NCBI GenBank assembly: GCA_032718475.1
Contig: JAUCBJ010007191.1
Coordinates: 1 to 59,888 of the forward strand
Direction: 5' to 3'
DNA: 59,888 nt
Source: Nemertoderma westbladi
Taxonomy: Eukaryota > Animalia > Xenacoelomorpha
In this document: positions 25,101 to 37,891 of the stretch, piece by piece
Numbering within the stretch: the first letter of the stretch is position 1
How the letters are laid out: each line of letters opens with the position of its first letter
Notes under the pieces: generated by a model
What the model was told of the DNA's origin: nothing
Databases searched by the model: none
The model's input: the letters and a program-made list of their open reading frames with translations, nothing else
Program-made: the position numbers and the translations under genes

Positions 25101-27460
25101 CGACAGCCAAAGAAAAGGACATGGCGGACAACAGAGTAGAGTCTCAGCAAAAGGCACTGGGGATCGTGTGGAACCGGGAGACAGACGAGTTCAAGTACCA
25201 ACTGAGCCAGGAGGGCGTGGACATCCACATAAAGAGGGGCTATGTATCACACATAGCAAGGATATACGATCCCTTAGTCCTAGCATCCCCACTGTTAGTC
25301 ATGGGGAAACAGATACTTAAGAAAGTATATAAGTTAAAGGACGAGTGGGATACAGAGGTCCCGGAAGAAATCAGTATGCAATGGAGTAAGTGGACGGGGA
25401 GTTTAGAACAGATGGGGACGTACAGCATGCCACGCGTGTATTTCCCGGATGGGGACATGGCGGATCTGGACCTACACATGTTCTCCGATGCATCATTGGA
25501 AGCATACGGAGCGGCACTCTACCTAGTACAGCGAAAGGGGGCTCATAAACCCAGACTTGCATTCAGTAAAGCAAAGTCGACGCCGCCAGATTCAGCATCA
25601 GTCCCGAAAACTCGAGTTGACAGCTGCAAGATTAGGAGTAAGGGCCACAGCCTACTTGATGGACACTATTCCCAACATAGTGGAAACACACTACTGGACG
25701 GACTCCATGGTAGTGCTTGGGTGGCTGCACAACGAGAAGACAAGATACCCTATATTCGTCGTGAATAGGGTGGACGAAATAAGGGTGACGACAGACTTGG
25801 AAAGGTGGAACTACTGCCCGACGGACGAGAACCCAGCAGACTTGTTATCAAGGGGCATAGCATGCCACACTTTCTCAAAGAAGGAAGTGTTGTGGCAGCA
25901 CAGGCCACACTTCCTGAATGATAGATCGGCCTGGCCACCAATGAAGAAGGTGGACCCGGGCTCAGAGGAAGTAGCACCAGGAGAAGAGGGAGAAGATTCA
26001 GAAGGAGAAGAGATATATAGTCAGATGGTGAGGGAGGTCCGGGAGGTGCAACCGAAATCAGAAGAACCATGTGACAACCCGACGGATAGGCTACTCAGCT
26101 ACAGCTCCAGCTGGTACAAGACCAAGAAGTTGGTAGTGTACTGGAGGGCCTACGGGGATTTCCTCAAGGGAGTTGGCAAGGACGCCAAGAGGAAACCAAA
26201 CATCGATCTGGAGGGAGCGGCCAAGGCCATGATACGATACGAACAGAGAAGGAACTATGCCGATGAACTGGATCGAGTTAGCAAGCAACAACATCTTCGT
26301 CGGGACAGCGAGCTCATCACGATGTCACCACAACTCAACGATGATGGGATTCTGGTGATGAATTCCAGAGTGCTGAATAACAACAGCCTTATCATCCCAC
26401 CAAAACCCATTATTATCCCCAACAGATCGCCGATAGTCCACCAGATCATTTGGAACTCCCACAAGTCGATATTGCATGGAGGCACCAACCAGACCCTCAC
26501 AGAGATACGGAGGACCTTCTGGATCGCACAGCTAAGGAAGAAGGTGAAGGCGGTAGTGGGGCAGTGCCAGACCTGCCGACGGACGAGAAAGGAGAGGGCC
26601 GTACAGGAGATGGCGCCATTACCGGCCAGTAGGGTGAGACAGCACGACCTGCCATTCACGCACTGCGGTGTAGACATGTTCAGGCCGATTAAGATCAAGG
26701 TGATGCGACACACGGAGAAACGATATGGCATCATCTTCGTATGTAACAACACGAGGGCGGTAGGAATATAACTCGCCCAAGACGCCACGGCATCGGCATT
26801 CATCAATGCCTTAGAGAGATTTAGAGACCGCAAAGGTGGAACGATCGCAGTGATCTATTCCAACAATGGAACCAACTTTGTGGGATCGGAGAACGAGTTG
26901 GTGGAGGCCTTGGACATCCCAGAAGGAGAAGAGGTCAGGGCAGCCATGAGGAGATGACAGGTGAAGTGGGAAAGGAGGACGCTGTATACGCCACATACTT
27001 TAGGATGCGTCGAGAGGCTTGTGGGTACTTCCAAACGTCTGATGACGACGTTGATGAACACCCACATGGTGACAGAGGACATTCTAAGACTGGTGCTAGC
27101 TAAGTGTGAGGGAATCAATAATAGCAGACCGCTATACCCGGAGAATGACGACCCGGAATCATTAGATGTGCTAACACCGAGCCACTTTCTGATGGAAAGG
27201 CCGGCGACCATCGACATGCGGGGTGTAGACCCAGATGACATACACTCCCGACAGATTTGGAAAGTCGCCAAGGCGATAAGCGCCGAGTATTGGAGGAGGT
27301 GGGTCGAGGAATACCTACCCACATTACACAGGAGGAGCAAGTGGAGAAACACCACTAGAGAGTTAAAGAAAGGTGACTAAGTGATCGTCACTGACGACAC
27401 AATCATCAACAATCAGTGGAGGCTAGCGAGCGAGAGTAGTGGACACTTACCCCGACGAGG
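22181..27460 (+). pseudogene. BEL Gag-Pol remainder (capsid-like, Zn knuckles, PR, RT, RH, IN) with stops and frameshifts
   Basis: ORFs 22181-24379, 24464-25768, 25557-26771 and 26961-27380 carry Pao motifs (YYLPLH, DIEGMFNQV, NPADLLSRG). Confidence 0.92.
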
Positions 27461-27717
27461 ACGGAAGAGTCCGATCGGTGGAAGTGCGGATAGGGGGTAA
27501 GATAGAAGCGAAAGATAGAAAGACCTACAGGAGGGCTGTAGGGAAGTGCTGCCTATTAGAAGAGGCAGCATAGAGTTTAGTCGTCCAAGTGTTGGACTGA
27601 GGGGGGTGGGATTGAGGGCGAGACGCCCTTCCCACACAAAATATAAAAAGAAAAAATAAATAATAAAATAAAGTGAGAAAGCAGAAAGTCAGAAAATGAT
27701 AGTAGTAGATAGTACGT

Positions 27718-27928
27718 AGCAGAAGTTAGTAATAGTTAGAAAGTTAGCAGAAGTTAGTAGTAGTTAGAAAGTTAGCAGAAGTTAGTAGTAGTTAAAAGGT
27801 TAGCAGAAGTTAGTAGTAGTTAGAAAGTTAGCAGAAGTTAGTAATAGTTAGAAAGTTAGCACAAGTTAGTAGTAGTTAGAAAGTTAGCAGAAGTTAGTAG
27901 TAGTTAGAAAGCTAATAGAAGTTAGTAA
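27718..27928. repeat. 28-bp tandem repeat (~7 copies) in the BEL 3' region
   Basis: agaagttagtagtagttagaaagttagc reiterated. Confidence 0.9.
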
Positions 27929-27940
27929 GAATAAGAGGAT

Positions 27941-28230
27941 AGTTAGAAGTATAGGGAGTGTTGTATAGAGACATACCACGGGAGTAAGAGGGTACATAGT
28001 ACCGTTAGAGTTAGAAGTATAGGGAGTGTGGTAATGGGACATACCACGGGATTAGGAGGGTACATAGTACCGTGAGAGTTAGAAGTTAGAGATCAGGGAG
28101 TGTGGTATAGAGACATACCACGGGAGTAAGAGGGTATGGGTACATAGTACCGTTAGATTTAGAAGAATAGGGAGTGTGGTATAGAGACATACCACGAGGG
28201 TAGTAGGAGGGTACATAGTACCGTTGGAGT
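27941..28230. repeat. Four ~65-75-bp tandem units, each with two hairpins
   Basis: agggagtgtggtat-agagac-ataccac...ggtac-ata-gtacc repeated 4 times. Confidence 0.85.
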
Positions 28231-30189
28231 TAGTAGAGTTAGAGTTAGTAGAGTTAGTAGAGTTAATAGAGTTAGTAGTAAGAGAGTTACATAGTAAGTA
28301 GTAAGTAAGAAGTAAGTAGAGAGGTAGGTACAAATGATAGCACAGAATAGGGGCAAAATGCAGATAAAACAAAAAATCTAAAAATAAAGTTAGGGGGTAT
28401 TGGGACGAAAGAAGGAAGGGAGGTATAATATGCACCGTAGTCAAGTACAACCTTTTTCCAATTAGCTACTGGAACTGGGGACTAATTGACTAGGGCGGCA
28501 GGACGGGACTTAGACGGGTCCCACTAACATGATGCGCACATGTGTGGGGCCCAATAAGTGTATAAGGGATGAAAGCGAGAATGGGAATCGGGCGGAAGAA
28601 TGGAGAGGAGGTGTTGACACAATGAGAGAAAGTGAGAGGAGTGCAAATTCAAGTGTGGGGAGCGAGTAAGATAGAGTAGAGTGAAGTTAGAGTGAAGCTG
28701 AAGTGGAGTTAGAGTGAGCTTAGAGTGAGGGAGTTTTTAAAATTGTGTGAGGAGTCCACAATTGTCTCAAACAGAGACGTCAGATATCTTGGTGCAACAT
28801 AGGTTGCGGTTGCACCAAGAAGGGGTAGTAATATCATACCCGGCCTGGAAAGCCGACTCCAAGAAAAGAACTCCACCCCACACCCGATAGTAGATCGGGT
28901 TCCAGCGGAATTGAAGCGCACTTGTAGGTGATGCTATATTCTCACCGGGAAGATAGCATGGGGGGAGTGTAAGCGGAATCAATTCCCCCGCATTACCCTC
29001 ACAAAGTTGGGACAGTGGCATTTTCAGCAATATATTGGAGATGCGAGATTAGCAGTAACTAATCTCGTATCACAACCAATATCAGGGACAGTACAACCCC
29101 AGGGCCACACAAACGGAGGTTAGAGGTCAAACCACCTTGGAAGGGGAAACAGCCAGCAGGGGCCAACAGGGGGGGAAACACTCCCAGAGACTGGAGAGGC
29201 GTGAAGTAGGTCATTAGCCAATAGGGGCGAGGGAGAGTATCCACTAGGTGAAAGGCCACAGTAGTATAGAAGTAATTATACATATATTATGCCGTTACCG
29301 GTCTGGTTATTCAGTTACCCAGTTATTGGTTTCTAATGCAGACCGGTGACATTCCTCACCGTCACCAATACTGCTATACCGCATACAGGTTTGATCATTC
29401 ACTACTCTATTGTGCTACTATTATTAGGCCTATTATTATTAGACAACATCGAGAGACAACATCGAACTCCCATTGTTTTTTTCCCACATCGGCCTCGGCC
29501 AAGCTGCCAGCACCACCCCTAAAACAAAACGGTGACGCGTAGTTGATTTATCCGGTCGGGATCCCTTGATCCCGTCACAAAGACCCACCATTGGCTGTGC
29601 AGCTCATCTGCTGGGTCATGCCCTGTACCCCTGCTGCCAGGTGCAGGTCGCAGTGAAGTGCACTCAGAGTGGACATGAGAACACTCTACTCCTGACCAGC
29701 CATTGGTAGATCACCATCTGCCTGGCCAGGCCATATACCCCTGTAGCCAAGTATATGGGTCCTTGATCCAGGACCAAGGGCGTCCTTATCCTAGAACGAA
29801 GAGGGTCCTAGTTACAGGACCAGATTTGCCCTAGTAATAGGGTCTATGCAGCTACAGGTGGCACCTCCTTTATGCTGCATGGAGGTGGCAAGTTTTCTTG
29901 ATCAATGACCTAGAATACCTGACCTGACATTGGTACTGTAGGTCTATAATACATACAATACTGTAAGTACACATATTCCTACACAGTATATGACTCATAC
30001 TGTATTGTTCTACAGTATAATATTAAATTACCGGTATGATGAGTCCCACTCCCCTGTTGTACTAACTCGCAACTCTATTGCTACTGTAAGAGTGTCGGCA
30101 TTAAAACTCCCAACACCACAGTGCTAACTAGAACTATCAACCAGGGTGTCTATCCCTACTGTCTCACTAAACGATGTCTAATATAGTAT

Positions 30190-30444
30190 TTAAACGATGA
30201 ATCTGCGGAATATACATCTGGATATTGAGAGTTGTAAGACTAAATGGACTTACTGTGTCCCCAGTAAAACCAACGTTAGTAATGTCAGCATCCCTACCTT
30301 CATCACTATTAAGAACACACTCATACCAGGGCAATCTATGCTACTATTCCTTGGATAGCCCAAAAATGCAAATTTCCCGACTGGGATTCGAACTCGTAAC
30401 CTGCTATAATGTAACCAACGCCTTAACCATCTGACCACTGCGCC
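30190..30444 (-). mobile_element. tRNA-derived SINE
   Basis: Minus strand ggcgcagtggtcagatgg (A box) ... gagttcgaatccc (B box), followed by a non-tRNA body. Confidence 0.7.
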
Positions 30445-30449
30445 AATGC

Positions 30450-31130
30450 TATACAAGCTATAATTCTGGCGACCCAATCCTCTCGCTGAGTGTATCCGTC
30501 TAATCGCCATGGCCTCTGAATCTTTTCACCGGAACGCATGGACTGTCTGGTGGCTCAATACCACTACTCTCGCTCACCTGTTGCACTCCCTATGATACTA
30601 TACAACGCAAAATTCCTGATAGGGCGCTTAACAACGACCGAGATTGAGAAACTTGAGATTTATTACCGGAAAACACTAAGGGGCCTACTCCATCTTGGAA
30701 CATACGCTTCGAATCAGGTGATATACAGTTTAATGGGGTGCCAACCACTTGCTTTCGATGCCTTTACACCCTGTATCGGAATTTTATGGCGACTAACATC
30801 CTGTCCCAATCCAAATCTACAGTACAACCTTCGCAATATGCTGCAAATCAACACTATGGACACTATGAAGAGATACGTAGGTATTGGTAGTTTGTACAAC
30901 CGCTGCAATCTAGAGTTCGCAATGCCAAGTATAAGTTCCCTTCTACAACACAGCTACGGTGTTAAAGAACTGAAAGCGATAATTAAATTGGGAACCCTCA
31001 CGACCATCGAATGCATTAATGCCAGGTACATCGAGGGATGTTTCAATCTCAAGAACATATCATTCAAAGACAAACACAATAGGATTACTCAATACTTCAA
31101 TATCGTCTGAGTTACCATCACAGCACGGGA
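30450..31130 (+). pseudogene. Non-LTR retrotransposon ORF2 C-terminal fragment
   Basis: ILYNAKF...EIEKLEIYYRKTLRGLLHL...SNQVIYSLMG is the post-RT thumb pattern of LINEs; clade uncertain. Confidence 0.65.
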
Positions 31131-33317
31131 TCTAAATAGCTTTTCACTGATTTTATCTCGGCATTGCTGAGCATTTCACCGGGATCCACCGGAGCTCCTA
31201 CGGGCTGTAACCTTAATTACATCCAAGGGAAAGGTGGGAAGCACGTAGCTTGCACTATACGCTGACCTTTTCTAAGTTTCGCTCGCGTACTTGCACTTAG
31301 ACCATGGAGACCTCTAAACTGACTGTTGCTGGGGTGATTGACCTCTGACCTTGGACCCGCTGTAGTATTTTGTGATTTACCACTTAGAACACATCTTTCG
31401 TAATATTAATTACGTTGTACAGTACAATTATCACGAACGACTACACCTATGAATTTATAACATCATATGATTTTTATGGATCTTGTACTGTACAGCCTTT
31501 ATTTCAAACTGAACACTGTTTTATTTAAAGTTTGTAAAGTTCACATTGATTTTATCTATGTTGCGCTACGTATTTTATTGTTGCTTTTGTGTAATTACTG
31601 TATATATTTTATTACCCAATAATCTGTGTTATATCAATTTTATTTGATTAAAAGAAATGAATGATTGAATGATGATACATCAATAAGTCGTGGTGTTCTA
31701 GAATATAGTGTCGAGTGAATTTAGCGGTTTTTGGATGTCAGTGAACCCCTTCCAAATATTTGATATTGGTTCTGCAAGGACAGTAGCCCCAGGAAAATTG
31801 CCCACGATATCTTATTTACATAATATATTTTTAAATCTTTTGAATCTTTTGAAAACTTATTATTCATAGGTTGACCCTCAAAAAATTACTTGTACACAAA
31901 ATTTAATTTATATTCTACGGGTTACCAAAAACATTACTTCCAGTAACAACTACTGTACTGTACTGTATGCCTCCCCAATATTTTAGACTTTATTATCGGT
32001 AGGCCTATTAATTACAACAAGTTCTATTTGGAATTTCATAACTTTTAGGTTTCAGTAAGTTTTTGTATGACTGTCATGATATACTAGACTAGGCCTACTA
32101 CAGCATTATATATACATAGGTCTACTTTTTGTTGTAGGTAAGTTGTAGGCGCCGCTTAACTAATGCTACAGTAATTTTGCTTAGTTTGGTATTGTTTTGG
32201 AGGAATATGGTATTTATTTCGGGGTTTATCTTATATTTTGGTCTGAAAAATGTTTTTTTTGGGGGACATTTATTTGTTTTGGTGTTGCGTTTTTCGGGTT
32301 CAATAATTTATTTTTGGAATTATTGATAAATTGATTTAATAATTTTTTGGGGTGCCATTATTTAAATTGATATTACATAATTTTATGGTGAAATTTTCAT
32401 CAATTTTGGTGTGACTTTAATTGGCATCATGGCAGCCAAAAACTTACTGTATAACTCGAAAAAATTTATCATATTAGAGTATACAGTACAACTGGATGGG
32501 GTGGGGCATTTTGACATCCACTGCACTATCTACTGAAACCCATCCCCTAAAATTGTTTTGTTCCCAATAATGTATGTATGTATCACTCTACTGTAGGCCC
32601 CTATATGGCAGAATATAGCATTAGTGCTACCTTAATATACCGCATAATCTTATATGCATGGGGTTTTCTGCCAACAACCCATCTACTGTAATGTAATCCT
32701 CCGTCATTGACCAAGCCAACCTACCTGCATCCCTCCCTGCCATCATTATTCCTTCCACACCGCGGTATTCTCCATCCATGCCCGCCCACACCCCCATGTA
32801 CCAACCGCTCTATAATACCTGTACGCCTGCAACCAGCCCTGCCAGCAACCTTCATACACCCACCCATGATTACAGGCAGCAACTAAACCTTAACCAATCT
32901 CCGAATCAGTATCCATAGCAACCTGGATTCGCATTGATAGTGCAGAGACATGCCTCATTCTAGGTTGGCATTAATTAGTTAACGAAGTATCCTGTGAACT
33001 GCCTATGAAAACTTATTCTATTTTTTGTTCATTGTACAGTAATTTAGATTTTAAAAAGTTCAATGCAAATAATTTTGGAGGAAGTGAGAACTTTGCGTTA
33101 TTTTATCACCACAGCCCATGGAAATTCAATTCAATTCTTTATTCGCCAAATAAAACCCATTCGTTTGAAGAACAGGATATACAGTAGTTATTGTTTAGGC
33201 GAAATTTTATTGAATTTTATATTTGAAGAATTTGTATTTTTTTAATTTCTCCTTATTACGTGTTTTATATCGCTTACAGTATTTATATCTTACTATGTAC
33301 AGTATAACCTGTACAGC

Positions 33318-34220
33318 GCCCATGTGAAGAATACCAGACTTTCTGCTGTTATATTTCACTTTGCAGTTACCCCCATGTGAAGAATACCAGACTTTCTACC
33401 GTTATATTTCACTTTGCAGTTACCCACATGTGAAGAATACCAGACTTTCTGCTGTTATATTTCACTTTGCAGTTACCCCCATGTGAAGAATACCAGACTT
33501 TCTGCTGTTATATTTCACTTTGCAGTTACCCACATGTGAAGAATACCAGACTTTCTGCTGTTATATTTCACTTTGCAGTTACCCCCATGTGAAGAATACC
33601 AGACTTTCTACCGTTATATTTCACTTTGCAGTTACCCCCATGTGAAGAATACCAGACTTTCTACCGTTATATTTCACTTTGCAGTTACCCCCATGTGAAG
33701 AATACCAGACTTTCTACCGTTATATTTCACTTTGCAGTTACCCCCATGTGAAGAATACCAGATTTTCTCCCGTTATATTTCACTTTGCAGTTTCCCCCAT
33801 GTGAAGAATACCAGACTTTATGCCGTTATATTTCACTTTGCAGTTACCCCCATTTGAAGAATACCAGACTTTCTGCCGTTATATTTCACTTTGCAGTTAC
33901 CCCCATGTGAAGAATACCAGACTTTCTGCCGTTATATTTCACTTTGCAGTTACCCCCATGTGAAGAATACCAGACTTTCTGCTGTTATATTTCACTTTGC
34001 AGTTACCCCCATGTGAAGAATAGCAGGTTTTACTAAACCACAAGGTTTCAGAAGGGCTAATTCTAATCAAAACATATCATTATATCGTATCTATAAAGGT
34101 TATAAGACAGAAATAAACCACATAACAAAAATAAATTGTAAAAAATACAAATTCTTCATATTTTAAATTTCAATAGAATTTCGACCGAAAATGTGAAAAC
34201 TTGGCATTCTTCACATGGGC
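33318..34220. mobile_element. MITE (GCCCATGTGAAGAA TIR, 2-bp TSD) carrying a 53-bp x13 tandem expansion
   Basis: TIRs at both ends and TSD GC; unexpanded copy at 40066-40340 (TSD CT); inserted in an opposite-orientation relative (~33110-34370). Confidence 0.85.
33321..34020. repeat. 53-bp minisatellite, 13 full copies
   Basis: catgtgaagaataccagactttctgctgttatatttcactttgcagttacccc units starting from 33321 to 34010. Confidence 0.97.
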
Positions 34221-34431
34221 GCCGTACAGACACTATTTAATTTATTGTTTTGGTTAGATGTAGCCCTTCTGTAACCTGAAAACCAGATTTTTGAAAACCT
34301 GGTATACTTCACATAAGGGTAAACTGCAATATGAAATATAACAGCAGAAATCTCGTTTACTTCACAATCACCCCAAATAAAATAATTCAAATTGCAAATA
34401 ACCATTAAAATTTGAGTTAAATTATTACTGA

Positions 34432-35172
34432 GTGGGGGGCGAGCGACGAAAGTAAGCGAGCTTAGCATACAGGCACCACTAACTCAATCGGTGTGTCTGT
34501 TGATCTGTTGATCTGTCGTTCTGATTTTTAACGTTAATAATTCAGCCAAATCTTAATGAAATCTATCCAAACTTGGTACACATGTAGTCTGGCAAAAGTT
34601 TAGAAATTTTCCAAGTTGAATTTCCGTGTGGCCTTCGAGAAGCTAAGATAATAGCAGTTAATTAATTAATTTAAAATTAATTAAGTTGGTTGGGGTAAAA
34701 ACAGCAATTTCAAACCTGTCTTTTAATGGAAATTAATTATTTTAGAGTTTAAGATACAGTATAAATAATTATACTTAAAAATTATACAACTATATTCCAC
34801 ATACCCCATTCCATTATAGTTTTTAATAAGTCAAGAGATTTGCTTTAAGAAATGTGTTTTCAATTGATCTAAACGTAATTAAGTTAAAATGCATTCCATC
34901 ACTCTAAACTTCCAGGTCCATCATTCCTTGGCATTCTTGATATTTCCTATTAGATGGGAAACAGTTCAATCATCTCACCACTACTTGGCAATGGGTAATT
35001 ATATCTATTAAATTGTTAATCAAAAACATTTCAAAAAAATTCAACTGTTAAATTTCTTAATTATAATATTCATTTAAATTTCTTAAGTACCGATTTTGGG
35101 ATATAATTGCTCAATTTTAATCTGTATCTAATGACTGAGCCTCGTCCTGCGCGAAGGCCCCACGAACGTGTT
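34432..35172 (+). mobile_element. Helentron/DINE-like element, apparently complete
   Basis: 5' gtggggggcgagc, microsatellite, 3' gcgaaggccccacgaacgtgtt; homologous to the 4681 and 36409 copies. Confidence 0.65.
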
Positions 35173-35964
35173 ATATATTGCATGAGGCACCAACTGCTAG
35201 CAAAACTAAATGTTTGGGGAAAATCTTTTGATACAGTAACAAAACAGTAAGTACTGTAGTGTACTAGTATTACTGTAGAATAATATTGAACAAGATATTA
35301 AAACCAGATGGATATAATTTCAGTATGCCAGCCTACAGTCGCTTGTCCTGTTTTGTCATAAAATATTTTTCCTAAACGCAGACTGACGATCTTTATACAG
35401 TTATAACTATGCGAAGTTTCGAAACTGTGCGAGTAACTGTTGATACATCTATGTGGAGATGTGTGATATGTGGAGATGTGTGATACAACGCCAACGCATC
35501 TTATGCCGATGTAGTAATATGGGTATTGAAATAATATTAAATCAATGTACACTCTTAAAGCTGCAGCGAAAAAATGTAGCTAATTTCCTAGGTTACATAT
35601 AAAATAATAATATTATTTTTAAGAACATTAATTTTACTACTTTGCAAAAATTCAATTAAAAAATAACCAGACATATACATTGTGGAATAAACTATTTCAG
35701 AAGCCTACAACAGCCATGCCATGGATTGTATTTATGTTATTATATCTGTCATTTAACTGAGATAGCAATAGTAGTAATAGTCGAACGGTTATGCGGCCCG
35801 TCCAGCCTATAATAAACACAATTCAGTGATTGGGCTGGAATAGCAATACTGGTTGCCTCTATTACAATTCCTCTCAGGTTAGTCTACAGCCACAACTCCC
35901 AGCAGCTAGCTCCACACCAGCAGAGACTTGACCAATAATGGGAAGGATTAAATTTGTACTCAAT

Positions 35965-36409
35965 AATTGTGCGGTTTAATTACGTTTAGATCAATTAAAG
36001 ACACATTTATTAAAGCAAATCACTTAAACTAATTAAAAACTATAATAGAATGGCGTATGGGGATTATATCTGTATAATTTTTAAGTATAATTATTTAAAT
36101 CTTATACTGTAAAACAATTAATTTCCTTTAAAAGGCAGGTTGAAAATGGCGTTTTCACCGCAATCAACTTAATTAACTAATTAACTGCTATTATCTTAGC
36201 TTCTCGAAGGCCACACGGAAATTCTACTTGGAAAATTTCTAAACTTTTGCCAAACAACATGTGTACCAAGTTTGGATAGATTTCATCAAAGATTGGCCGA
36301 GTTATTAACGTTTAAAATTGAACACGACAGAACGACAGAACGACAGAACGACAGGTTGATTAATGGTACCACTACGCTAAGGCTCACTCACTTCGTGGCT
36401 CGCCCCACA
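35965..36409 (-). mobile_element. Helentron/DINE-like element, 5' half, inverted
   Basis: Reverse complement matches 4681-4900 and 34432-34885. Confidence 0.7.
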
Positions 36410-36710
36410 GATAAACATAGATATAGATAGGTATTGTGGGGCTTTATGTTACTTGGTTACAAATACAATATTACACTACGGTAACCTAAAACTAATATTA
36501 AACTTAATTACTCTACAGTACGTACAACTACACAATTGATTTTATTGCATATAAATGCTACCTAGACTAAATTCATGACTTAATATTAATGGAAACTTGA
36601 CTACAATTAATTGATAATAATCAACTAAGGAAGGTCGACGACTTCCAGTACCTTGGATCATGGATAGCGAGTAGCAAAAATGACATAGAAGTTAGGAAAG
36701 CAAAGGCTTA

Positions 36711-36990
36711 AAAAAGTAAAGTAAAAAGTAAATTTTATTCGGCCGCGAGGCTAGATTGCGCACAAAGTCTAACGACTTATTTCCGTGCGGTCCCCCCAGA
36801 ACTTTACTCCCCAGAGGAAACTCCATTACTCATTTAGCTACCACTTAATGATGCAGGGCAGAGATGCGCCCTGGCTGGTTCCTTTGAAGCATTCGTGCCG
36901 AAACGAAAACTGCCCTGGCCCATGTGAGGATCGAACCCACAACCTACGGGAGATGTGAATTCCATGCAACCACTACACCAAGGTGGAACC
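36711..36990 (-). mobile_element. tRNA-derived SINE with (TTTAC)n tail
   Basis: A box tggtgtagtgg, B box ggttcgatcc, tail gtaaagtaaaaagtaaa on the + strand. Confidence 0.75.
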
Positions 36991-37067
36991 TGAATTGGGT
37001 TTGGGTAGCTTTATCAAAAATGGATACCATCTGGAAATCAGATCTCTCCAGCACCTGAAGACTAAGT

Positions 37068-37283
37068 TAATTATGTTAATAGTATGATAATGATCTCCAT
37101 AGCGCAAAATATCAACCGACCCAATTGGGGCTCGAACGCGGTACCTAGGTTTCAAACTTCCGGTTATCATCAGCCGGGTGTGTCCTAAGACTACTGAGCT
37201 ACAAGGACGGATGGAGATTTATTCGCTATGGAGTGGGCAATCATAGTTTGGCCTTTTATAGTCACTCAAAGGAAAGTACAACA
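37068..37283 (-). mobile_element. 216-bp insertion: tRNA-like A/B boxes enclosing a minimal hammerhead-like motif
   Basis: 11-bp TSD gaagactaagt (37057-37067 and 37284-37294); tagctcagtag ... cgg-CTGATGA-taaccggaagttt-GAAA-cctagg-TA-ccg ... gttcgagccc. Confidence 0.65.
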
Positions 37284-37404
37284 GAAGACTAAGTCCTTTG
37301 TGGAACTTGACAGTGGAAAGTGTACCTTTATACGAGGGTGAGACCTGGACAGTGGCCACTGACTAAATCACTTGAACATCGAATTTATGGTTGCTACACA
37401 AGAC

Positions 37405-37647
37405 GTAACGGCGGGGTAGCTCAGTTGGTTGAGCGCCGGGCCTGCAATCTATTGGTTGTAGGTTCAGCCCCGCCAGGGTCCACTCAGCCTTTCATCCACT
37501 GGGGTCGATGAAATTAGTACCAGTTAAATAACTGGGAGCAAATCTTGGGATAGGAGTAGCGCCCACCCCTACCCTCGGGTAGCAGCTATCGAAAGAGGAG
37601 CCTTCGGGTCGCCTCCGGCTTTGGCCGGCTGCTTTTTTTGCTTTGCT
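37405..37647 (+). mobile_element. tRNA-derived SINE with a conserved-type core
   Basis: A box tagctcagttgg, degenerate B box ggttcagccc, core ccactcagcctttcatccactggggtcgatgaaattagtaccag, (TTTGC)n tail; TSD tacacaagac (37395-37404 and 37648-37657). Confidence 0.85.
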
Positions 37648-37891
37648 TACACAAGACTACTAAGGGCAACCCTAAACTTTAGCTGGAGACAACACATGAC
37701 AAACGCCGAGCTCTATAGTACTATACCACCTGTATCAACTACCCTCCGCTCCGTGAACGCAGATTAAGATTCAGTGGGCACTGCTGGAGAAGTTAAGACG
37801 AGGTCGTACCAGATCTACTTTTCTGGCAATCAACACAAGGAAAGCGTAGCCGTGGACAACCGGCTATAACATAGACCACCTTGAAAGGGAT

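Larger units (their letters stand above)
15285..29290 (+). mobile_element. Decayed BEL/Pao LTR retrotransposon interrupted by a Gypsy element; ends approximate, no intact LTR pair seen
   Basis: Order gag (15579.., 22181..), PR (LVDSGA), RT (FYVDDG), RNase H (HMFSDAS), integrase (H..H..CxxC, GVDMF, WxxEYLPTL); several stops and frameshifts; polypurine ggggggag|tgt at ~28960. Confidence 0.9.

Noticed and set aside
22206-27637. Numerous - strand ORFs
   Set aside because: Antisense shadows of BEL gag-pol.
28079-28450. Env-like or hydrophobic ORF in the BEL 3' region
   Set aside because: Wrong strand, and derived from low-complexity purine-rich repeats.
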